Shown here in pieces: positions 13,562 through 25,433 of a DNA stretch of 64,000 nucleotides. The DNA is taken from NCBI RefSeq assembly GCF_009914755.1, contig NC_060931.1. One strand, 5' to 3'. A program made the translations under genes and the position numbers. Below the pieces are notes generated by a model. The model had not been told where the DNA came from. It made no database searches and worked only from the letters and a program-made list of their open reading frames with translations. The DNA comes from the human T2T-CHM13v2.0 reference genome, Homo sapiens. The stretch's first letter is position 1; the number at the start of each line of letters is the position of its first letter.

Positions 13562-13572
13562 ATGACTCAGCA
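13562..13572 (+). promoter_or_regulatory. Perfect ARE/MARE motif (NFE2L2/NFE2-sMAF) ATGACTCAGCA
   Basis: Exact RTGACTCAGCA with an AT-rich 3' flank, in non-repeat sequence; motif match only. Confidence 0.3.
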
Positions 13573-14013
13573 CTTAATTACATTCCCAGAGGAAAATCCA
13601 CCTCACAAGCATGACTGGTGATTTCAGTGGAAGAGTCAGAAGAAGCTTTTACATCTCACACAGTCCTCATCAATTCCTTCCTGATCTGTCCTTTCATCTC
13701 AGTCCCCACTCAGAGGCTCTGCCTGCTGGAGAGAGGAGTGGGAGAAATGTCCTTCTTCAAAGCCAGCTTCACAGGCCCATAGCCGTTGAGGTTGCATAGG
13801 GCCCCAAGCTGAAAGAGCCCCATTTAAGATTTAATGCTGTGCTCATGCCCTCTTAAAATTATTGCTGAACTCTGCTCTGTAAGTGAAGTCCATGGGGCAG
13901 CAGCACATGCGCAGGAGCATGGAGGAGGCGTAATATGCATGTCAGCTGCTCTTTGCTGCCCATTCCCATAGAACATTTGCAATGCCCCAGCAGCAGAGGA
14001 TGGATGCTGGCGG

Positions 14014-14766
14014 TGAGAGGTGAAGCCGGCTGGGCTTCTGGGTGGGGTGGGGACTTGGAGAACTTTTCTGTCTAGCTAAACGATTGTAAACGCACCAATC
14101 AGCACTCTGTGTCTAGCTAAAGGTTTGTTACAGACCAATCGGTCTGTAAAACAGACCAATCAGCTCTCTGTAAAATGGACCAATCAGCAGGATGTGGGTG
14201 GGTCCAGATAAGGGAATAAAAGCAGGCCACCCAAGCCAGCAGCGGCAACCCGCTTGGGTCCCCTTCCACGCCGTGGAAGCTTTGTTCTTTTGCTCTTTGC
14301 AATAAATCATGCTGCTGCTCACTCTTTGGGTCCACAACACCTTTATGAGCTGTAACACTCACCACAAAGGTCTGCAGCTTCACTCCTGAAGCCATAGAGA
14401 CCATGAACCCACCGGGGAGGACCAGACAACTCCAGACGCACTGCCTTTAAGAGCTGTAACACTCACGGCGAAGGTCTGCAGCTTCACTCCTGAAGTCAGT
14501 GAGACCAGGAACCCACCCAGAGGAACGAACAACTCCAGACGCGCCGCCTTTATGAACTGTAACACTCACTGCGAAGGTCTGCAGCTTCACTCCTGAAGTC
14601 CGCAAGACCACGAACCCACCAAAAGGAAAAAACTCTGGACATGTTCGAACATCAGAAGGAACAAACTCCGGACACACCATCTTTAAGAACTGTAACACTC
14701 ACCACGAGGGTCCGCGGCTTCATTCTTGAAGTCAGCAAGACCAAGAACCCACCAATTCCGGACCCA
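14014..14766 (+). mobile_element. LTR12 (ERV9) solo LTR, 753 bp
   Basis: TGAGAGGTGAAGCCGGCTGG start, CCAATTCCGGACCCA end; four CCAAT boxes; four GARCTGTAACACTCAC U5 repeats at 14347, 14451, 14554, 14687; 4 bp TSD GCGG/GTGG. Confidence 0.95.
14095..14221 (+). promoter_or_regulatory. LTR12 U3 promoter: 4x CCAAT (NF-Y), GATA site, AATAAAA TATA-like box
   Basis: CCAAT at 14095, 14135, 14156, 14180; AGATAA 14206-14211; AATAAAA 14215-14221; poly(A) signal AATAAA at 14301. Confidence 0.6.
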
Positions 14767-14831
14767 GTGGTTCCATGGAGTGTGGAGGTTCAGCAAGACT
14801 CAAAGTGAGAACGTCACCAACAAACTGAGTA

Positions 14832-15379
14832 TGTCACCAACAAACTAAATTCTTTCCCAAGTTGATGTCGGTCTCAAAGAAAGAATATCCAATTGGAAAA
14901 GGCCGTCAGGTTTCATTCACTGGCCAGAGAATGAAGAACGTGATCTCTTGCTCTAAATGCACCTTCTCCCTAAACAATAGAAGGCGTGGGGTTGTGAAGG
15001 ACTGGGTACAGGGAGGGAGAGGCATTGTTAGCATGTGGAGGGTGGGACTCCAGACACCCAAGCTCAAATTTATAAAAATTTCTTCATATATCACATGTAC
15101 ACAAAATGGTAGAGATTTTCTTTTAGGGGAGGGAATTTTAACATTATTATGATATGTTGATGACCCAAAGGCAACTAGGGGTCGTCTATTCCTGTTTGTG
15201 CCAGTTTGGGAGTGTTAGCTCCCTCTGGTATCTAGTCAGGGGTCAAGAAGCTCTGGCGCCATCTCAGGCCATTCGGTTTCTTTAAGCAGCTGCGCTTGTA
15301 AATTAAGGGACTAAGGAAAAACAGTAAGAAAAAAAAAAAAAACTTTCCCAGTTATTTCATCAGAGCTGCCCTGGTAACA
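14832..15379 (-). mobile_element. ERV1-class solo LTR (MER4 group, MER67-like), 548 bp
   Basis: TG...CA termini (TGTCACC...GGTAACA) with an exact 4 bp TSD AGTA at 14828-14831 and 15380-15383; subfamily uncertain. Confidence 0.75.
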
Positions 15380-15784
15380 AGTACAAAGAGAATGCATTGG
15401 GTCTGCCAGTGAAGAAGCAAGCCACTGACAGCCCCAAGAAACCACACTTTCCATTCAAACCAGTACTTGCTTGCAACACAGAAAAAAGGCAATGTTACTC
15501 TAAGAAACAACCAAGAACCCTATCATATCCTTTCTAACTCGTGTGATATCAGAGCAAGATAAGACTAGGAGAAATGTCTTTCAGAAACCCCAGGGGATAT
15601 TAGTGGGGACGGAGGTGGGAGAGGGAGAGCTCTGAAACGTCCCCTGAGTATAAGGGAATTTCAGCCTTTAAAATTAAATATCAAGGAACAGGGAGCCTCC
15701 AGCTGGCTAGAGGACTCTCAGCAGTAAACACCTGGGTTACAATTGTGTCATGATCCCTAGAAAGAGGGGCAATATTATCAAAAG

Positions 15785-16210
15785 TCAGTTCTGCTAGTTA
15801 TAGGAACACTGGCTGCTGAAACAGATAACTCCTACACATAATAAAAGTTTATTTTTCACTGGGGTAGAGTCCCAAATAGATGGTCCTGGTCATCAGCAGG
15901 TGTTGCTCTCCCAAGTGGTGATTAAAGAACCTGGACCGCTGCCTTCCTATGGCCCCACCACCCTTATTCCGTGGCTCTCCAAGTTGCTGTGGTCCTCTGC
16001 TGTAGTCTGTAGAAGGTGAAGAGCTTGGAAGATCTTGTGTAGGAGGTTCTTATAGGTCAGGCCTGGGAGTGGCCCGCGTCACTTCTGCTCACATGCTATG
16101 GGCTAGAACTCAGTCACATGACTACACCAATAGCAAAGAAGGCTGGGAAATGTAGTCTTTCTGGTGTAGCCCAGAGGAAGAGGAAATGGGATCAATGAAT
16201 ACTAGCCAGT
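15785..16210 (-). mobile_element. Old MLT1 (K/L-like) MaLR LTR
   Basis: TCACTTCTGCTCACATGCTATGGGCTAGAACTCAGTCACATG...GGCTGGGAAATGTAGTC. Confidence 0.7.
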
Positions 16211-17485
16211 GAAGAAGTAGGGAAGGCATCCCAACAGAGGGAACGGCATCAATAAAGGCATGAAGGGAAGAATGCTATGGTGTCAGCAGGGAATTAAAAG
16301 CTACTTTAGGGTTGTCAGAGTGTTCCGAAAACAGAGAAGTTACCAATGGAATGCCTTTCGTCTAGCACTCGGGCCATCTCTCTTGTATACGACTAGCCAT
16401 GGTTGGAGCATTTTAATGTGAAGAGTGTAATGAATATTTGTATACTGGCCAGGGGAGTGGTGTGGGGCAACTGCCTTTCCTCTTCTCTTCCCTGCCTTCA
16501 AAGTATTAAGATAAGCCATAGAGTGGGTGCAGGGAAGAAGAGGCGTGGAGTAGGGTGATCAGGCTGTAGCCTGGTTAAGTTCTTAAGCTACAATGCTTAA
16601 GAACATCATCTTGTGCTTCTGGATAGCTTGCCATCACTGTCAATCAGACAGAAACTTGGAGCTGACACTTCAGGTATCAAGAATTAGCATTTGGTTGGCA
16701 AGTTCTTTGTCTTCCTTTCCCCCAGGAGCTTCATGTGCACTATTGGTGACTGGACACAGAAAATGGAGGCAGGACTGGTTTTAACATGACTACCAGCAGC
16801 CATGTTACTAATCTAACTGTTCTCTCAGGTACACCCACCTCCTGCTAATGGCTTCCTCAGGCTCTTGCTGTGCTGTTTTATTTCTTCTTTCAAAATGCCT
16901 AGAGAAAGAGCCTAGAGCTTTCCAGGGAAATAGTGACATCCTCTGGGAACACGATCCATGGCCAGTGTGAGGTGTATTATAAGGTAAAGGAAGCAGCCAT
17001 CTGCATTAACTAAGTCTAGCCAAGGAAATTGTTTCTGTCTGCCTGTGCTTGACAAATCAATTGATCTGTTACACTGTTCCCTGGATTTTCTGAGAGCAAG
17101 CTCTCAGCTTTTCTGCACAAATATATCCCAGCATTGAACTCAAGTAATAGACAGAAGGTTATCAGTGATTATAAGAGAAAAGAGCCTTTCTATGACATCA
17201 CTTCTCAGCTCGAAATTGCTCTTATCTGAGCAGTTTCCTGCGTCTTTACACAAAGCATCCCTTGTTTAGGGATGCTGTCTCTCTTGTTCCTTACAGGTTG
17301 CACAAAGTGAGCTGCTAAAGAACACTAGCTACAGCCACCACCTTCCTTCCAGACTGTTTTTTATTGCCCTGTGGCTCACTTCATGATGTTCATACAAATC
17401 CTTCTCAATGTCCACTTCTGCCCCCGTCATACTGCAACCAAAATGTCCCAAAGCGACATGAACTGATGCTTCATGCACTTGTGGG

Positions 17486-18537
17486 AAGGGCTGGCTTCAT
17501 AATTTGCAGGGCTCAGTGCCAGATGAAAATGTGGGAGCCCTTGTTCAAATAACAGGAAAAAGTCCCATCCAGGGTACTAACTAAAATACAGATCTCATTT
17601 CTCTTTCTTCTGCAGTTTCTCTCTGGCCTTGCCGTGATGTTTGTTATCTCTTTGTTTAATATTATTCTAAGGAAAGAAAAATTAAACCCTTAAATTATTA
17701 GCTTGAATTTTCTCATTCATATTAGTATTGTGCAATATAATTTAAAATGCAATTATGAGGTTTAAATGCAAATATAAGGGCACTTAACTCTTATATGGAA
17801 TCACCAAAGCCACACAATTCCTATTTCCTATTTCATACATTCATATATGTTTATTCTCTCCAAAAGAGTGAAAACGCTGCACAAAAACAAAACCCTCATT
17901 CTTTTTGTTTCACTTCTTCATGTGCACACCTTCTACCAATACACTCTGCCTTTGGCTTACTGATGAGGAAGGAAGGACAGAAAGGAAAGATAGGAAATGG
18001 CCTGTCTTTCCCTTTCCTTCTATGCCATCATTTTCAGTACATGGTTGGCGACTACAGGGAGCTAACAAAAATAAGAAAGGCCATGGCAGGATTCCTTGGT
18101 CATTCGTGTTTTTCAGGATACCACTGCCTCCTTTCTGCATGTGAAGAAAGCTCTGGCTGGAACAGAAAGCACAGCCTTCAGGACTCCTCAGGCCCCCCAC
18201 TCACTCAATTGTACACATAACACACTGACCTTGAACTCCCTTTGAGTCCTGCTGAACTCCAATGCATATGGGCCAACCAGGATTCTATACTCATGGTGCA
18301 TCTCAAAGGCACATGGGGTGGTGAGGACCAGGACCATGCACATGATAAAAAGTCTGTTCTGCTCATTGCCCATGCTCTATTGCCCCATTGGACTTCATTT
18401 ACAAAACGCAAGCTCAAAGAAAAAAAAAAATTAGAAATTTCAGGATGGCTATGGCACAGCACTAGACAAAGTGTGGGGCCCTTCTGAGGCTGGCCCTGGG
18501 TGACTGCATAGGTCACTTGCCTGTGAAGCCAGTCCCG
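17486..18537 (-). mobile_element. MER45B-like hAT-Tip100 element, near full length (~1.05 kb)
   Basis: Terminal inverted repeats AAGGGCTGGCTTCA and TGAAGCCAGTCCCG; ATAATTTGCAGGGCTCAGTGCCAGATGAAAATGTGGGAGCCCTTGTTCAAA is the MER45 terminus. Confidence 0.8.
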
Positions 18538-19492
18538 ATGGTGGACCACTCCGAGACAGAAATAAACTACATTTGGATAGCTAATCCTGCGGGCCTGATT
18601 TTCTCCACCAGAATTTTGACAACGGTAGTCAGATAGGACACATATAGATCTTACATTATCTGGGAGGATTTTGAATTATTGGATCATAACCGGGAATGAA
18701 AATCATAACCAGTTATGATACTGCTAACTTAGGTGCCATTGTATTCAAAATTCCCTAAAGACCATCCATGGGGTGTTGATACTAAGTCTATCAAAGAACT
18801 GGTGAAAGCCTTAGTCTGTATTACGTGGAATATGGTCTGGTCTGTCCCAAACTATATTTTGGTCTCTAAAGCCCTACTCCTGTCTTGTTCCACAGCAGTT
18901 ACTGGCAGCTTAACCAGAAGGTTAATTCAGATCGATGTGTTTCCCTTCTGTATTCCTTTTTGCATACTGGCTCATCTTCCAAGATCCATCACTCAAACTA
19001 TGCTCTATCTATGGAAACTGAGTTTGAATGAAAGTATAAAATGGAATTAATTCCTAGAGAGAAGTTAGATTCTGGCAGGAATGCTTTTCCATTTTTAGGC
19101 TGCTTGAGAATCACGTGTAAATTATTATTGGTATTCTAAATGACTCTGAATCACTTAAACAAAAGAAAAAAGGAAGAAAGACAACATTACCACAGGAGTC
19201 AGGTAGCTCACTGAGTTGGAGAAAAAGCTACCAACCAGAATTTTTAAAGTGCAGGAGCAGAACAGCTCCTGTGGATTTAAGAGGAAGAACTTGAGGATGG
19301 TCAGTTTTGACAGTGCCATTGCAATACCTGCTACACCATCTCTCCTTCTGGAATTAAAATTCCCTGGACAGAGAGAGAAAGAGAATTGATCTAGCTGGGT
19401 AGAGTGGTGGGCTTGGCTTGCAGATGTCTCAGCTGGAGAGTGGCATATTTGATTTTCTCATGCTATGATTAATGGCGAAAGTTTAATCTCCC

Positions 19493-19936
19493 TGTTTTAG
19501 TCTGCTAGGACTGCTATCACAAAATGCACTGATAGCACATAGTCTACGTGGCCTAAACAACAGACATTTGTTTTATTAATGGGTATTTATTTTCTCAATA
19601 GGCATGTGTTTTCTCAACAGACATTTACTTTCTCACAGTTCTAGAGGCTGAAAGTCCAAGATCAAAGTGTTGGGAGGTTGGTTTTCTCGAGGTCTCTCTT
19701 TTTGATTTGCAGACAGCCACCTTCTTGCTGGCCTCACATGGTCTTTCCTTGCTCTGTGCACATCCTTAGGGTCTCTTCTTATTCGTACATGGACACTCAT
19801 CATGTTGGATTAGGGGTCCAGCCTTATGACCTCATTTTACCCTAATTACTTCTTTAAAGGCTCTATCTCCAAATACAGCCCCGTTGAGGATTAGGGCTTC
19901 AGTATACACATTGTATGTACAATTCAGTGCAAAACA
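19493..19936 (-). mobile_element. MLT1A/B MaLR solo LTR
   Basis: TGTTTTAGTCTGCTAGGACTGCTATCACAAAATG...CTCACAGTTCTAGAGGCTGAAAGTCCAAGATCAA...AATTCAGTGCAAAACA. Confidence 0.85.
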
Positions 19937-20569
19937 CCTCCCAGATAAAATGTAATGTTGTCACCGAATGAAGGAGAAAGGCCTGCCAGGCAGGCAAGAG
20001 CAGCAGGTGCCCTCAACCTTGCTCCAAGATGCTTGCCCCACCTGGGCTATTTTTTTTTAACTGATGTTATTTTTCTTAATGGCATAAATGTATTAGGGAA
20101 GGGGGAGGAGATCTAGGAAACTAAAGGAGTGAAGGTTCTTTCCAGTTAACCTCAGATCCATTCATTTCCCCAAGCTTCTGCTGCAATACTATGAGCTAAA
20201 TGAAGGGGAAGGAGGTACTGAGCAAAGTGGGTAGGGAAAGGATGTGGGGGTGAGAGTATTCAGGATAACTTGGCTAGACTGTGAGCCACTTCAAGTGTTG
20301 GTCAGATTTCCGTAGAGAATCCTCAGGTTAAATAATACAGCAATACTTTTTTGAGATTCACTAGACATAAAAACCAAACAAAGTCTTCACTGTCTCTCTC
20401 TCCTTTGCTGACATAAATGAAACCTCTCCTGATGCCTCCCTCTTCCTCTCCTCATTCTATACCTGGGCTTTTTCTAACTCTTAAGGCATCTAGAAAATTA
20501 GAGACTCATCACTAGCATATCAGCAATTAGGTTTTCATTATTCTGTATGTCTCTCCTATTATCCACAAT

Positions 20570-20830
20570 TCATTATTTTCATCTATAAATGTATATTTAT
20601 TGAACACCTCCTTTGTACCAGGCACTGTTCTAGGTAATTTGGATATGTCTGAGAATAAAACAAACAGGTGAAGATGCCTGTGCCAGGAGGGTTTACTCTC
20701 TAGCAGAAAGACATAGAATATATCACAACATAAATATAGGTAAATTACATATGGCCGGTGATGAGTGCCATGGTGGAAAAGTAGAACAGGATAAGGGGGA
20801 TGGGGAGTGCTGGGGCCTGGCAATGTGTTG
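20570..20830 (-). mobile_element. L2 3' fragment
   Basis: ATATTTATTGAACACCTCCTTTGTACCAGGCACTGTTCTAGG. Confidence 0.7.
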
Positions 20831-20865
20831 ATTATATTAGAATGCTCAGGGTGGGTGGACCTCTT

Positions 20866-21332
20866 GGTGGGGATGATGTACTGGAGCACCTCCACTAGCC
20901 CTTCCAGGTCCATTCTCCTGGGATGATGGTCTATACCGGCTGCACCATGAGCCCTCTTGTTCTGGGCCTCTGGCTTCCCATTCGGTTGAGCCAATGGATG
21001 ACACTGGTAGAACTCTGAGTAGCACACTGAGGTCAGAGTATTAATTCTAGCAAAAGAGAGCTTCTGCCCTCAAGCTCCTTTCTTCTTAGGCCACAGGTTA
21101 GCAGTGGTTATAATCCTCACTGAAGGTTACAGCTCTTTCTGGGTTACAATAGCTGTTCCCTCCCCCTGGGTTCAAATTAATGCTCCCCACTATTGCTAAT
21201 ACCATGTGATTCCCTACCTCTTCTTGGTTTCCATTAAGTCTTCCCATACCTTTGTAAAAAGTCCCTTTATTGCACTCTCCAATTACCTCATTTGAATGTA
21301 CTATCTGTTTTCTGCTGGAATCTTGACTTACA
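20866..21332 (+). mobile_element. LTR33-like ERVL 5' LTR
   Basis: 3' end CCCTTTATTGCACTCTCCAATTACCTCATTTGAATGTACTATCTGTTTTCTGCTGGAATCTTGACTTACA resembles LTR33; directly followed by ERVL internal sequence. Confidence 0.65.
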
Positions 21333-22672
21333 TAGTAATTAATATGGAGAGGAGTGGCCCCAGGGTACAGCCTCTCAAAATGAGATTCTGTGATTGGGTT
21401 GCCCATATTTGAGGAATGCACAGATAACCTTGGGAGGAGAGGGAAAGGGATAAGACACTGGTAATCCATTGCATGCAAAAGCATATCTTTTTACCTAGTT
21501 CTTATTCTTTTTTTTCTCCCCCAAACTATAGTGAGAATCAATATGCTCAAGTGGCAGACTCACATTAGCTCCCTACCCTGCAGAATGAGGATTATATCCA
21601 TAAGAGGAACCAAGTGGAAACCCCAAAGTAATAAACCCAAAGCAAGATGGCATCTCTAGAGGAACTGCAAATATAAAGGTCACCATCAGAGTCTTGGGAG
21701 ACGCGGATTATTCCTATCACACCTCCATTTAACTAGTCTCTTTGGCCAGTACAAAAGCCAGATGGGTCTTAGAGAATAATTACAGATTGTCCCAGACTTA
21801 ATCAGGTGGGCATGGCAATCACAGCTGAGGTTTGGGATGTGGTTTCTTTATGGGAGCAAATTAATAACCGTTCTTGGCACCTGGTTCTCAGCTATTGATT
21901 GGCAAAAGTTCTCAATAAACAGGTGGGAAAGGTGGCTGTCAGCCAGCCTCCTTCCTTGGCCACACTGGTGCTTGTTCAATAAGCCAACATACAGAGTGGC
22001 CACAGGGACAAATCAGTGGACTGATTTGGCTACAGCCACTACTGACTGCCCAGGGTTCCAACAGCAGAGGCCAACTTTGAGTCCCTAACAAAGCCCCATT
22101 CCATGAAATGGGCAGCGATTCATCCTCACAGGAATAGATGCATATCCTAGATACACATTTGCCTTTCTTTCTCAGAATTCTTCTGCCAGCATTCTCATCT
22201 GTGGACCTACAAATACTTTGTCCATTTGATATTGTATCTCACAAAATGTTACCACCATCTAAGGTTCTTATTTGCTGGCAAAGATGTGGTAATGGGCTCT
22301 TGCCTTTGACATTTGCTACTCTCTCCAGTCACCCAGAAGCAGATGGCTTGGCAGATCAATGGAATGGCCTGATGACAATCCCTTACAAGAAAGTGTCTTA
22401 AACCAGCAGCCAATATCTGGTGCCATCTTCTCTGTAACCAGAATGCATGGGCCTAGGAGCCAAGGAAAATGAGAGTGGCTTCGGTAATGTTTGATCTTAT
22501 CCCAAGAATCTCAAGATTTCTGCCATAGGAAGGAATGTTCTACCAGTAGACAAAGTCAGTGTTCAATTAAACTGGGAGCTGAGCCTACTTCCCTGCCACT
22601 ATGGGGCTCTTCTTGGCATCAAACTAACAAAGAAGGGAGTGGTGGTTACTCTACTGGCTGGGGTAATTGATG
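21333..22672 (+). pseudogene. Heavily deleted ERVL-class internal region with degenerate pol (RT N-terminus and integrase remnants)
   Basis: Translates to PPFN*SLWPVQKPDGS*R (RT), GTWFSAID, DLATATTDCPGFQQQRPTLSP (integrase zinc-finger region), HPEADGLADQWNGLM (integrase core) and VVTLLAGVID; stops and frameshifts throughout. Confidence 0.85.
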
Positions 22673-23635
22673 CAGTGAACTTGTCAAACCAACTTTATAA
22701 TAAGTTCATAACCAACTAAATAAATGTTTAAGCAAACTGAAGCCATCAATGTAACATAAAGGAGATGATTAAATGTAAATTTATCAACAAGAATTTCTTC
22801 AGGAAGCAGAGGACAAAAGTCTCAATAGTTAGCAGGTAATTACCCTATTCCTACTCTTCCAAGAGAAGAGTCAGCCAAGATGTTCTCCCATCATGGCACA
22901 CTTCTTTTGGAATCACGGCTTTTATAGCCATATCTGTAATTTGTTCTTTATTTCTATATAATTTTTATTCACAGCCACATCAGGGTTTGATGATTGGCCC
23001 ATAAAATAAACACCATGCCAAGAACCTACAGGCTTTAGCCAAGACAAAACAGTTGCCAAATTTCTTGTTTGGGAAGAAGGCAATTTTTTCCCCTCTATTT
23101 GTGACAATATTTTACTGCTCTCTATTGCAGGATGTTTTAAGCACCATGATTCTGCAATAACACTGCACTGACTTGACATTAGCAGAAACGATCACCAAAT
23201 CCCCTGGCCTATTGGATGTGTCAGATATGGTGCCTACCAGACATAGAGTGATTGAGCTTCAATAGTGTCAAGGTCATGGGGTCAGGAGCGGTGAAACAGT
23301 GTCAGCAAAGCAACAGTATGATTTGGTAGCAGGGCTGTTGCTCATCATTGGAGGCAATCAGCTTAGCAAGGCAAAGACTGGCTGTCCTTTGTCTGAGGGT
23401 ACAGAAAGGTATCCAGAAACTCTGCAAAGTTTCATTAGGAACCAAGGGCAAGGGAAACTTGTGATCATACCAGCTAGGATAGACCTATGGCTGCAGTGGT
23501 TTCAATAGTCACCTGAAGGCTACTGTTAACTTTTAAGCTGCAGCTACCTGTTCAGCTCTGCCTTGCTTGGTTAGATCCTGTGAATTTAAATGGTCTTCAC
23601 TGATTGTGTTCTTACTGCTCATGTCTTTTGGCAAA

Positions 23636-23885
23636 AGCAGTATAGCCAGTTGGGTGGAGCTTGGGTTAAGCGTATACATCCTAACTTTGGCATCTACTAC
23701 ATGTGGGACCTAAGGCAAGTTAGATAGTCGTTCCACAATTCTCAGTTTTCTCATAAGAAAACGGGAATCATACTGTCTACCTCATAAGGATGTTGTAAGG
23801 TTTAAAGGAGACAATGTTCATAAAACACCTTAAATAGTATGTAGTGCCTATCAAGGCTCAATTAATGGTGATGATGATGATAATG
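23636..23885 (+). mobile_element. MIR SINE
   Basis: TGTGGGACCTAAGGCAAGTTA...CTCAGTTTTCTCATAAGAAAACGGGAATCATACTGTCTACCTCATAAGGATGTTGTAAGG. Confidence 0.75.
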
Positions 23886-24120
23886 AAGGCAGTTTCGCCA
23901 GGGTACAGAGGAACATAAGATTCAAGCAGCCTTGGGCCTTGTATCCATTTTGAGGCATTTTTAATTAACTGGGCTGGGAAAAAACTACACTAAGAGACTC
24001 TAAGATGGTAAAAATGAGAAGTATGCACTAGGAGGATAACAAAGCATTCGTATGAGAGGAGAAAGACATATAATACATGGCAAGAATCCTCTTGGGGAAA
24101 TAACCAAAATTAAAGAAACA

Positions 24121-24598
<478 letters not shown>

Positions 24599-24638
24599 TC
24601 AGTCTCATCAAATGCACAGTTTCCATTAAGTCTCAGCA

Positions 24639-25234
24639 TGAATTGGTCAGGATTCAGTCAGAGAAGCAAATCCAATAGGGTATGTATTTTGATTATACAT
24701 GTTCATTATAAACATTAAATTGGCTTGCATGTTGTAGGAATGGGTTTGGCAAGCCCAGAGTCCATAGGGCAGGTAGACGGGAAGGATGAACCACCAGCAG
24801 GCTGGAATCCCATACGCACAGGGTGGAACTGCTATCCCCAGGCAGTCAGTCAAAAAGGAAGATCCAAGGGGAATGGAGGGCACCTGCAGGGTCAGCAACT
24901 GGGTGCAGCCTCTAGCCCAGGAAAGCCCTAAGCCCTTTTTTAAAGGGCTTCCAACTCACTGAGACAGGTCTGCTTTGAATAATCTCCCTTCTGATGAACT
25001 TAAAGTCAACTGATTAGGTACTTTCTATCCGTAAAATCCCTTCACAGTAGCATCTAGATTAGTGTTAGATTGCAGAACTGGGACAACATGGAAAAGCAAC
25101 TGCTTCCTCCCTTCTGTCCTCCTACTCCATGAAAGAATATGCCCTGTAGCCTGCCCTGACTGCAAACATACTAGAAAGGGAATTCTGGGGCTGTAGTCCA
25201 GCCCAGCCAAGTTAATACATCACAAAGGTATCAC
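24639..25234 (-). mobile_element. MLT2-family ERVL solo LTR
   Basis: GGTCAGGATTCAGTCAGAGAAGCAAA...AATCTCCCTTCTGATGAACTTAAAGTCAACTGATT...CCCAGCCAAGTTAATACATCA. Confidence 0.7.
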
Positions 25235-25433
25235 GCTGGTGCTGAGGGGGAGGCATGAAGAAAGCGTTTCTAAGAACTTTGGGAATAAAGTGAGAGATAT
25301 CTGAAAATATAAAGAGAAACAGCTATAAGAAATCTGTGCAAGGATGGTTCCAGTAGAGAGCGAAGGAATGAAATTGTAGTTGAAGAGGACAAGAAGGCAT
25401 CAGGAGCTCAGTGTTGCCAAAGGAAGGACTCGG

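Larger units (their letters stand above)
13758..15542 (+). mobile_element. MER45-family (MER45B-like) hAT-Tip100 element, partial, split by two solo LTRs
   Basis: Starts CAAAGCCAGCTTCACAGG...GCATAGGGCCCC (MER45 5' end); 15384-15542 aligns by eye to the reverse complement of ~18070-18190 of the second copy. Confidence 0.7.

Noticed and set aside
14340-14750. Four ~100-130 bp periodic repeats that superficially resemble a repeat-spacer array
   Set aside because: They are the normal tandem U5 repeats of LTR12; the intervening sequences are homologous to each other, not unique spacers; eukaryotic context with no cas genes
21837-22401. ORFs with integrase-like peptides as a possible domesticated retroviral gene
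   Set aside because: Fragments lie in different frames with stops, catalytic motifs are missing or deleted
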